64,000 nucleotides of DNA, taken from the NCBI GenBank assembly GCA_903813345.2, contig CAIIXF020000001.1:32364001-32428000 (forward strand). The letters run 5' to 3'. The DNA is from Owenia fusiformis (Eukaryota). The notes beneath the pieces are model-generated. The model saw only the letters and a program-made list of their open reading frames with translations, had not been told where the DNA came from and did not search any database. A program made the translations under genes and the position numbers. Of the stretch, positions 29,201 to 41,200 are shown piece by piece (within the stretch, counting starts at the first letter, position 1; every line of letters begins with the position of its first letter).

Positions 29201-32200
29201 ACCCATCTTAGAATGTGCTTTGTGCCCAATTAGATATATTCTTGACTTAAATGACACCCATCTTAGAATGATCTATATGCCCCAATGAGATATATTCTTG
29301 ACTGAAATGACACACATCTTAGAATGTTCTAAATGCCCTATGAGATATATTCTTGACTGAAATTACACCCATCTTAGAATGTTCTATATGCCCTATGAGA
29401 TATATTCTTGACTGAAATGACACCCATCTTAGAATGTTCTATATGCCCCATGAGATATATTCTTGACTGTAATGACACCAATCTTAGAATGTGCCATATA
29501 AGATATATTCTTGACTGAAATGACACCCATCTTAGAATGTTCTATGTGCCCGATGAGATATATTCTTGACTGAAATGAACCTATCTTAGAATGTTCAATG
29601 TGCCCGATGAGATATATTCTTGACTGAAATGACACCCATCTTAGAATGTTTTATGTGCCCTATGAGATATATTCTTGACTGAAACGACAACCATCTTGGA
29701 ATGTTCTTTATGCCCTATGAGATATATTCTTGACTGACATGACACCCATCTTAGAATGTGCTTTGTGCCCAATGAGATATATTCTTGACTGAAATGACAC
29801 CCATCTTATATTGTTCTATGTGCCCAATGAGATATATTCTTGACTGAAATGACACCCATCTTAGAATGTTCTGTTTGCCCAATGAGATATATTCTTGACT
29901 AAAATGACACCCGTCTTAGAATGTTCTATGTGCCCAATGAGATATATTCTTGACTGACATGACACCCATCTTATAATATTCTATGTGCCTTATGAGATAT
30001 ATTCTTGACTGAAATGACACCCATCTTAGAATGTTCTATATGCCCTATGAGATATATTCTTGACTGAAATGACACCCATCTTAGAATGTTCTATGTGCCC
30101 GATGAGATATATCATTGACTGTAATGACACCAATCTTAGAATGTCTATGTAATGTGCCATATAAGATATATTCTTGACTGAAATGACACCCATCTTAGAA
30201 TGTTCTATGTGCCCGATGAGATATATTTTTGACTGTAATGACACCAATCTTAGAATGTCTATGTAATGTGCCATATAAGATATTATATTCTTGACTGAAA
30301 TGAAACCCATCTTAGAATGTTCTATGAGCCCGATGAGATATATTCTTGACTGAAATGACACCCATCTCAGAATGTTCTATGTGCCCTATGCGATATATTC
30401 TTGACTGACATGACACCCATCTTAGAATGTTCTATATGCCCAATGAGATATATTTTTGACTGAAATGAACCTATCTTAGAATGTTCTTTATGCCCTATGA
30501 GATATATTCTTGACTGTAATGACACCAATCTTAGAATGTGCCATATAAGATATATTCTTGACTGAAATGACACCCATCTTAGAATGTTCTATGTGCCCGA
30601 TGAGATATATTCTTGACTGAAATGACACCCATCTTAGAATGTTTTATGTGCCCTATGAGATATATTCTTGACTGAAACGACAACCATCTTGGAATGTTCT
30701 TTATGCCCTATGAGATATATTCTTGACTGACATGACACCCATCTTAGAATGTGCTTTGTGCCCAAAGAGATATATTCTTGACTGACATGACACCCGTCTT
30801 AGAATGTGCTTTGTGCCCAATGAGATATATTCTTGACTGAAATGAACCGATCTTAGAATATGTTCTGTGTGCCCAATGAGACATATTCTTGACTGACATG
30901 ACACCCATCTTAGAATGTGCTTTGTGCCCAATGAGATATATCCTTGACTGAAATGAACCGATCTTAGAATGTTCTGTGTGCCCGATGAGATATATTCTTG
31001 ACTGAAATGACACCCATCTTAGAATGTTTTATGTGCCCTATGAGATATATTCTTGACTGAAACGACAACCATCTTGGAATGTTCTTTATGCCCTATGAGA
31101 TATATTCTTGACTGACATGACACCCATCTTAGAATGTGCTTTGTGCCCAATGAGATATATTCTTGACTGAAATGACACCCATCTTATATTGTTCTATGTG
31201 CACAATGAGATATATTCTTGACTGAAATGACACCCATCTTAGAATGTTCTGTTTGCCCAATGAGATATATTCTTGACTAAAATGACACCCGTCTTAGAAT
31301 GTTCTATGTGCCCAATGAGATATATTCTTGACTGACATGACACCCATCTTAGAATGTGCTTTGTGCCCAAAGAGATATATTCTTGACTGACATGACACCC
31401 GTCTTAGAATGTGCTTTGTGCCCAATGAGATATATTCTTGACTGAAATGAACCGATCTTAGAATATGTTCTGTGTGCCCAATGAGACATATTCTTGACTG
31501 ACATGACACCCATCTTAGAATGTGCTTTGTGCCCAATGAGATATATCCTTGACTGAAATGAACCGATCTTAGAATGTTCTGTGTGCCCAATGAGATATAT
31601 TCTTGACTGACATGACAGCCATCTTATAATGTGTTTTGTGCCAAATTAGATATATTCTTGACTTAAATGACACCCATCTTAGAATGATCTATATGCCCAA
31701 TGAGATATATTCTTGACTGAAATGACACCCATCTTAGAATGTTCTAAATGCCCTATGAGATATATTCTTGACTGAAATGACACCCATCTTAGAATGATAT
31801 ATATGCCCCATGAGATATATTCTTGACTGAAATGACACCCATCTTAGAATGTTCTATATGCCCTATGCGATATATTCTTGATTGAAATGACACCCATCTT
31901 AGAATGTTCTATATGCCCTATGAGATATATTCTTGACTGAAATGACACCCATCTTAGAATGATTTATATGCCCCATGAGATATATTCTTGACTAAAATGA
32001 CACCCATCTTAGAATGTTGTATATGCCCCATGAGATATATTCTTGACTAAAATGACACCCATCTTAGAATGTTCTGTGTGCCCAATGAGATATATTCTTG
32101 ACTGAAATGACACCCGTCTTAGAATGTTCTATGTGCCTTATGAGATATATTCTTGACTGAAATGACACCCATCTTAGAATGATCTATATGCCCTATGAGA

Positions 32201-35200
32201 TATATTCTTGACTGAAATGACACCCATCTTAGAATGTTCTATGTAATATGTCCCCAATGAGATATATTCTTGACTGAAATGACACCCATCTTAGAATGTT
32301 CTATATGCCCTATGAGATATATTCTTGACTGAAATGAACCGATCTTAGAATGTTCTGTGTGTCCAATGAGATATATTCTTGACTGACATGACACCCATCT
32401 TAGAATGTGCATTGTGCCCAAGGAGATATATTCTTGACTGACATGACACCCATCTTAGAATGTGCTTTGTGCCCAATGAGATATATTCTTGACTGAAATG
32501 ACACCCATCTTAGAATGTTCTATGTGCCCAATGAGATATATTCTTGACTGAAATGAACCGATCTTAGAATGTTCTATGTGCCCAATGAGATATATTCTTG
32601 ACTGAAATGACACCCATCTTAGACTGATCTGTGTGCCCAATGAGATATATTCTTGACTGACATGACATCGATCTTAGAATGTTCTGTGTGCCCAATGAGA
32701 TATATTCTTGACTGACATGACACCCATCTTGGAATGTGCTTTGTGCCCAAGGAGATATATTCTTGACTGATATGACACCCATCTTAGAATGTGCTTTGCA
32801 CCCAAAGAGGTATATTCTTGACTGACATGACACCCATTTTAGAATGTGCTTTGTGCCCAATGAGATATATTCTTGACTGAAATGAACCGATCTTAGAATA
32901 TGTTCTGTGTGTCCAATTAGATATATTCTTGACTGATATGACACCCATCTTAGAATGTGCTTTGTGCCCAATGAGATATATTCTTGACTGAAATGACACC
33001 CATCTTATATTGTTCTATGTGCCCAATGAGATATATTCTTGACTGAAATGACACCCATCTTAGAATGTTCTGTTTGCCCAATGAGATATATTCTTGACTA
33101 AAATGACACCCGTCTTAGAATGTTCTATGTGCCCAATGAGATATATTCTTGACTGACATGACACCCATCTTAGAATGTGCTTTGTGCCCAAAGAGATATA
33201 TTCTTGACTGACATGACAGCCATCTTAGAATGTGCTTTGTGCCCAATGAGATATATTCTTGACTGAAATGAACCGATCTTAGAATATGTTCTTTATGGCC
33301 TATGAGATATAGTCTTGACTGACATGACACCCATCTTAGAATGTGCTTTGTGCCCAATGAGATATATTCTTGACTGAAATGACACCCATCTTATATTATT
33401 CTATGTGCCCAATGAGATATATTCTTGACTGAAATGACACCCATCTTAGAATGTTCTGTTTGCCCAATGAGATATATCCTTGACTAAAATGACACCCGTC
33501 TTAGAATGTTCTATGTGCCCAATGAGATATATTCTTGACTGACATGACACCCATCTTAGAATGTGCTTTGTGCCCAAAGAGATATATTCTTGACTGACAT
33601 GACACCCATCTTAGAATGTGCTTTGTGCCCAATGAGATATATTCTTGACTGAAATGAACCGATCTTAGAATATGTTCTGTGTGCCCAATGAGATATATTC
33701 TTGACTGACATGACACCCATCTTAGAATGTGCTTTGTGCCCAATGAGATATATTCTTGACTGAAATGAACCGATCTTAGAATGTTCTGTGTGCCCAATGA
33801 GATATATTCTTGACTGACATGACACCCATCTTAGAATGTGCTTTGTGCCCAATTAGATATATTATTGACTTAAATGACACCCATCTTAGAATGATCTATA
33901 TGCCCCAATGAGATATATTCTTGACTGAAATGACACCCATCTTAGAATGATCTATATGCCCTATGAGATATATTCTTGACTGTAATGACACCAATCTTAG
34001 AATGTCTATGTAATGAGCCATATAAGATATATTCTTGACTGAAATGACACCCATCTTAGAATGTTCTGTGTGCCCAATGAGATATATTCTTGACTGAAAT
34101 GACACCTATCTTAGAATGTACTTTGTGCCCAATGAGATATATTCTTGACTGGCATGACACCCATCTTAGAATGTTCTGTGTGCCCAATGAGATATATTCT
34201 TGACTGGCATGACACCCATCTTAGAATGTGCTTTGTGCCCAATGAGATATATTCTTGACTGAAATGACACCCATCTTAGAATTGTTCTATGTGCCCAATG
34301 AGATATATTCTTGACTGAAATGACACCCATCTTAGAATGTGCTTTGTGCCCTATGAGATATATTCTTGACTTAAAAGACACCCATCTTAGAATGATCTAT
34401 ATGCCCCATGAGATATATTCTTGACTGAAATGACACCCATCTTAGAAAGGTCTATATGCCCTATGAGATATATTCTTGACTGAAATGACACCCATCTTAG
34501 AATGTTCTATATGCCCTATGAGATATAGTCTTGACTTAAATGACACCCATCTTAGAAAGATCTATATGCCCTATGAGATATATTCTTGACTGAAATGATA
34601 CCCATCTTAGAATGTTCTATGTGCCTTATGAGATATATTCTTGACTGAAATGACACCCATCTTAGAATGTTCTATGTGCCTTATGAGATATATTTTTGAC
34701 TGAAATGACACCCATCTTAGAATGTTCTATGTGCCCGATGAGATATTTTCTTAACTGAAATGACACCCATCTTAGAATGATCTATATGCCCTATGAGATA
34801 TATTCTTGACTGTAATGACACCAATCTTAGAATGTCTATGTAATGAGCCATATAAGATATATTCTTGACTGAAATGACACCCATCTTAGAATGTTCTGTG
34901 TGCCCAATGAGATATATTCTTGACTGAAATGACACCTATCTTAGAATGTGCTTTGTGCCCAATGAGATATATTCTTGACTTCATATTCTTCATATTTAAC
35001 AACACGCATAAGATGATTCGTAGTAAAAGATATAGAAATTGACATACGGTTCTACATTGGGTTGTCCATCTATCCAATATGTTATCGTATTGTTGAATTT
35101 AGTGCCGTCTGTCCACAACCAGTCATAACCAGGAGACTAGCGGAAAACAACATCAAGTACATAAACATTAATATCAAAATGAGAACTGCATATTACTGAT

Positions 35201-38200
35201 CGGCATTAAATTCGGCCTTTTTAATCGTACAATCTATTATTTTTGTGTTTGTGGTAAAACATTGATCGCCTATATAAAATTAAGGGCTGGAGAGAATAAC
35301 ATCAACAATTGCTTCTTCATATCATGAATCTATCCAATATATCTAGTTTCTTTGATTCTTCAAAATAGGCCAGGATTTATTTCAAAGGTCCATATTGTAC
35401 TCACCCCACCGCCATTGCTTTTAGTATACAATCCAATCCACGCAGGTTCATTTTCAAAAGTCTTAGCAATATCAAAAGCAGTGGTCTGGTCAGCAATATT
35501 TTGAATTGACGTCAGTTCGCCATCAAAGTTTGCACAGTCTTCCCTGTATAAATTCCAATTGATTTTATTTAAGAAAAGACATTGGTACAATTTGTTGCAT
35601 GGAATGAATGATTTTTGTGGAGTCAGTTCGAACCCCTATGAAGCTGTGCAGTGTTTTGGGTACTTGCACTCTTTGATAGGCAAAACTAAGAGTGAAACAC
35701 TAAGCAGGTTTGTTGTTGGATATAAAATATTATAAGATCTGAGCCCTTTGATGAAAAATAAAAACAGATTATTCTTATGAAACACGTCAGTCAGATTACC
35801 TTGCCTCCCAAAACTGCTTCTGGTCGTCTATCAGATGGTAGCAGTATTCCCCTAAATGGTACCAGTCATTTGGACAGAAGAATGGTTTGTCTGAAATAGT
35901 TGAAATACGCATGCATATAGTGTATGTGCATTATGTTATATTTGAAGGCTGGTTTAGGGTGTCTACAAAACAAAGACCTAAGACCTAAGACCTACAAAAC
36001 TAAGACCCCCCACGTTATAAAACTAAGACCCTGTTATAAAACTAAGACCCCCCACGTTATAAAACTAAGACCCTGTTATAAAACTAAGACCCCCCACGTT
36101 ATAAAACTAAGACCCTGTTATAAAACTAAGACCCCCCACGTTATAAAACTAAGACCCTGTTATAAAACTAAGACCCCCCACGTTATAAAACTAAGACCCT
36201 GTTATAAAACTAAGACCCCCCACGTTATAAAACTAAGACCCTGTTATAAAACTAAGACCCCCCACGTTATAAAACTAAGACCCTGTTATAAAACTAAGAC
36301 CCCCCACGTTATAAAACTAAGACCCTGTTATAAAACTAAGACCCCCCACGTAATAAAACTAAGACCCTGTTATAAAACTAAGACCCCCCACGTAATAAAA
36401 CTAAGACCCTGTTATAAAACTAAGACCCCCCACGTTATAAAACTAAGACCCTGTTATAAAACTAAGACCCCCCACGTTATAAAACTAAGACCCTGTTATA
36501 AAACTAAGACCCCCCACGTTATAAAACTAAGACCCTGTTATAAAACTAAGACCCCCCACGTTATAAAACTAAGACCCTGTTATAAAACTAAGACCCCCCA
36601 CGTTATAAAACTAAGACCCTGTTATAAAACTAAGACCCCCCACGTTATAAAACTAAGACCCTGTTATAAAACTAAGACCCCCCACGTTATAAAACTAAGA
36701 CCCCCCACGTTATAAAACTAAGACCCTGTTATAAAACTAAGACCCCCCACGTTATAAAACTAAGACCCTGTTATAAACCTAAGACCCCCCTTGTTATAAA
36801 ACTAAGACCCTGTTATAAAACTAAGACCACCCACGTTATAAAACTAAGACCCTGTTATAAAACAAATACCCCCCACGTAATAAAACTAAGACCCTGTTAT
36901 AAAACTAAGACCACCCACGTTATAAAACTAAGACCCTGTTATAAAACTAAGACCCCCCACGTTATAAAACTAAGACCCTGTTATAAAACTAAGACCCCCC
37001 ACGTTATAAAACTAAGACCCTGTTATAAAACTAAGACCCCCCACGTTATAAAACTAAGACCCCCCACGTAATAAAATTAAGACCCTGTTATAAAACTAAG
37101 ACCCCCCACGTAATAAAACTAAGACCCTGTTATAAAACTAAGACCCCCACGTTATAAAACTAAGACCCTGTTATAAAACTAAGACCCCCCACGTAATAAA
37201 ACTAAGACCCTGTTATAAAACTAAGACCCCCCACGTTATAAAACTAAGACCCTGTTATAAAACTAAGACCTCCCACGTTATAAAACTAAGACCCTGCTAT
37301 AAGAATCAGTCACCGTGCCTTGCTCTGCTCGCCACAAGGTAGTCTTGCCTCCTGGCCTCTGGGCCTTGTGTTCCCCAGTAACATACAACAGCGGATTATA
37401 TAAAAATGGACTGTAACAAATACCCGGATTTGTTGACTTTTAAAAAAGTAATTTTTTGATGTCCCATTTTATGCTGGCATAAAAAGTGATATCCCATTTT
37501 ATGCTGGCATAAAAAGTGATGTCCCATTTTAATTTTATGCTGAGCATAAAAGGAGATACTCCATTTTATGCTGGTATTGTTTTGGAAGTGATGTTTAATG
37601 GTAGTTCAAGATTTAAGACCCATCATTCTGGCACAGATTGCTGAACCATTGTTAGTTAAGAATTCCTAATAGAATTAAGAATTATTAGCTGAAACTGAGT
37701 TGTTTTGCCCTAGCAAACAATTTTCCAACTTGTAGTTCAACTTCTTCTGTCTATTTGTTGACAGTCTGTGATGTCATCATCAATCATCACAATAGAAATG
37801 AGGTAATTCACGATGACATCACAAAGTACTCTGATGACATCATCAATCATCACAATGGAAACGAGATAATTCATGATGACATCACAAAGCATCTCTGTCA
37901 TAGATAGAACTCTGCCACATTTCTTAGAAATCAAACTACTATGTGACATCATAGATAATCTCACTGTCACAGATAGAATTCACCTAATTCCCATTGTGAT
38001 GATTGATGATGACATCACAGACTGTCAACACATATAGACAAAAATGAATTTCAAATGCATATTGGGATATTGTTTGCTAGGACAAACAGAACAGTTTCAG
38101 CTATTAATTCTTAATTCTATTAGGAATTCTTAACTAAAATAAGTTCAGCAATCTATGTGAGAAAGATGGGTCTGAAATCTTGAACCACCATGTTACTAGG

Positions 38201-41200
38201 GAAAACAAGGGTCAGTGGCAAGACTACCATATGTGTATGTTACTAGGGTAAACAAGGGCCAGAGGCAAGACTACCATGTGTAGAATCTTTATGTTAGTGG
38301 GGAGAATCTGTATATTAGAAGGGAACACAAGGACCAGAAGCAAGACTACCTTTTGTAGAATCTTTATGTAAGTGGGGAGAATCTGTATATTAGAAGGGAA
38401 CACAAGGACCAGAAGCAAGACTATCTTTTGTAGAATCTGTATGTTACTAGGGAACACAAGGCCCAGAGGCAAGACTACCTTGTGGCGAGCAGAGCAAGGC
38501 ACAGTGACTGATTCTTATAACAGGGTCTTAGTTTTATAACGTGGGGGGTCTTAGTTTTATAACAGGGTCTTAGTTTTATAACGTGGGGGGTCTTAGTTTT
38601 ATAATAGGGTCTTAGTTTTATAACGTGGGGGGTCTTAGTTTTATAACAGGGTCTTAGTTTTATAATGTGGGGGGTCTTAGTTTTATAACAGGGTCTTAGT
38701 TTTATAACGTGGGGGGTCTTAGTTTTATAACAGGGTCTTAGTTTTATAACGTGGGGGGTCTTAGTTTTATAACGTGGGGGGTCTTAGTTTTATAACAGGG
38801 TCTTAGTTTTATAACGTGGGGGGTCTTAGTTTTATAACAGGGTCTTAGTTTTATAACGTGGGGGGTCTTAGTTTTATAACAGGGTCTTAGTTTTATAACG
38901 TGGGGGGTCTTAGTTTTATAACAGGGTCTTAGTTTTATAACGTGGGGGGTCTTAGTTTTATAACAGGGTCTTAGTTTTATAACGTGGGGGGTCTTAGTTT
39001 TATAACAGGGTCTTAGTTTTATAACGTGGGGGGTCTTAGTTTTATAACAGGGTCTTAGTTTTATAACGTGGGGGTCTTAGTTTTATAACAGGGTCTTAGT
39101 TTTATAACGTGGGTGGTCTTAGTTTTATAACAGGGTCTTAGTTTTATAACGTGGGGAGTCTTAGTTTTATAACAGGGTCTTAGTTTTATAACGTGGGGGG
39201 TCTTAGTTTTATAACAGGGTCTTAGTTTTATAACGTGGGGGGTCTTAGTTTTATAACAGGGTCTTAGTTTTATAACGTGGGGGGTCTTAGTTTTATATCA
39301 GGGTCTTAGTTTTATAACGTGGGGGGTCTTAGTTTTATAACAGGGTCTTAGTTTTATAACGTGGGGGGTCTTAGTTTTATAACAGGGTCTTAGTTTTATA
39401 ACGTGGGTGGTCTTAGTTTTATAACAGGGTCTTAGTTTTATAACGTGGGGAATCTTAGTTTTATAACAGGGTCTTAGTTTTATAACGTGGGGGGTCTTAG
39501 TTTTATAACAGGGTCTTAGTTTTATAACGTGGGGGGTCTTAGTTTTATAACAGGGTCTTAGTTTTATAACGTGGGGGGTCTTAGTTTTATAACAGGGTCT
39601 TAGTTTTATAACGTTGGGGGTCTTAGTTTTATAACAGGGTCTTAGTTTTATAACGTGGGTGGTCTTAGTTTTATAACAGGGTCTTAGTTTTATAACGTGG
39701 GGGGTCTTAGTTTTATAACAGGGTCTTAGTTTTATAACGTGGGGGGTCTTAGTTTTATAACAGGGTCTTAGTTTTATAACGTGGGGGGTCTTAGTTTTAT
39801 AACAGGGTCTTAGTTTTATAACGTGGGGGGTCTTAGTTTTATAACAGGGTCTTAGTTTTATAACGTGGGGGGTCTTAGTTTTATAACAGGGTCTTAGTTT
39901 TATAACGTGGGGGGTCTTAGTTTTATAACAGGGTCTTAGTTTTATAACGTGGGGGGTCTTAGTTTTATAACAGGGTCTTAGTTTTATAACGTGGGGGGTC
40001 TTAGTTTTGTAGGTCTTAGGTCTTAGGTCTTTGTTTTGTAGACACCCGGCTGGTTTACCATTTAATTAAAGAACAATGAACAAAATCTTAGTACAATCTT
40101 TCTTGTGAATGTGAAAGAAAAATAGTGAGAGCAACAAGTTGTAATCGGGAATTTGCAAAGACTGGTGAATCTTATCCAATCGATAAATAGACAGGATAAT
40201 GGTGTACATATCGTTTTTAAGATATCTTGTATAAACAGAACTTGAAACGTTGTGGCAATAATGCTTCACGAAATCCCTTTACTGTTGTTCTCTTCCATTA
40301 TCCTGCACTTGTTGGGGAGAATATTATGAGAGGTTAACGGTCAGCAGGACTTCAATATTACTACTTACTTTTGTCTCGTGAACAAATGAAGTTGAACTTC
40401 CGACTACAGTCATGGTCATTCATTCCATATGGATGAAACTCTCCACAGTTTTCGGTTTCACTGTTTGGTTCTCCAGACTGCCATGGGCTGAAAAGGCGAT
40501 AATAATTGTGGGACTTTCTTAGCTGAACGTACTACAGTGCGTATAAAAAAACGCAACAAAAAGCACAAAACCAGTGATAACAGCATTGATTTCATTCAAT
40601 GCTCCATTAAGCCATGTGTCTCCTCTTTACAATGATATATCATTCATTGATATGTGGTCATGGTTGGGCGAGTAATCATTCCATTTGCAAAGTGGGCCAA
40701 AATTACCTTGGGACCAAGTTATAAACATCACAAAAGTCAGTGTACGGAGCCCAATGCAATTCTTTCTCGAGGTTTTGCAATATCTGGTGGAGGAAATGTG
40801 AGCACAGATGCTCCTGCGATAGCTCCAAAAGAAAAAGTCACAACAATTCAAGTCAGGGGAACTTCCATTGGCACTTAGCCCTTGCACTGAGTTTTGCAAT
40901 ATCTAAAACTTGGTCCAGAGCCGATTTTGACCCACAGTGCAAGGATTTCTCACCCAACTATTACCACATGTGAATGAATGACATATCATTGCAAAGAGGA
41001 GAGACGTGACTATATGGCACATTGAATAAAGTTGATGTAGTCATCACTAGTTTTGTGATTTTACGAGGTAACTACATGTTGCGTTTTTTTGATACGCCCT
41101 GTATTGAAATAGGTTGTCGTTTTATTCTGTTGAAAAAGGCATTTTGTAGATACGAAACCTGTGCTATATTGTTTTTCTTCTTTAAATGTTAGTTTTTGTT

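Noticed and set aside
26337..34980. CRISPR-like array, or the many MGTKHILRWVS/QSRIYLIGH ORFs as a repeat-protein gene
   Set aside because: No unique spacers, eukaryotic intronic context and no cas genes; the 55-bp unit is not a multiple of 3, so the ORFs are reading-frame artefacts.
26337..34980. Recursive (ratchet) splicing through the satellite
   Set aside because: Recursive sites need AG immediately followed by GT; each unit has CAG|TCAAG, so no donor is regenerated.
35924..36715. 263-aa ORF of KTKTPHVIKLRPCY repeats
   Set aside because: It is the stop-free frame of the 42-bp TIR unit of the foldback element, antisense within an intron.
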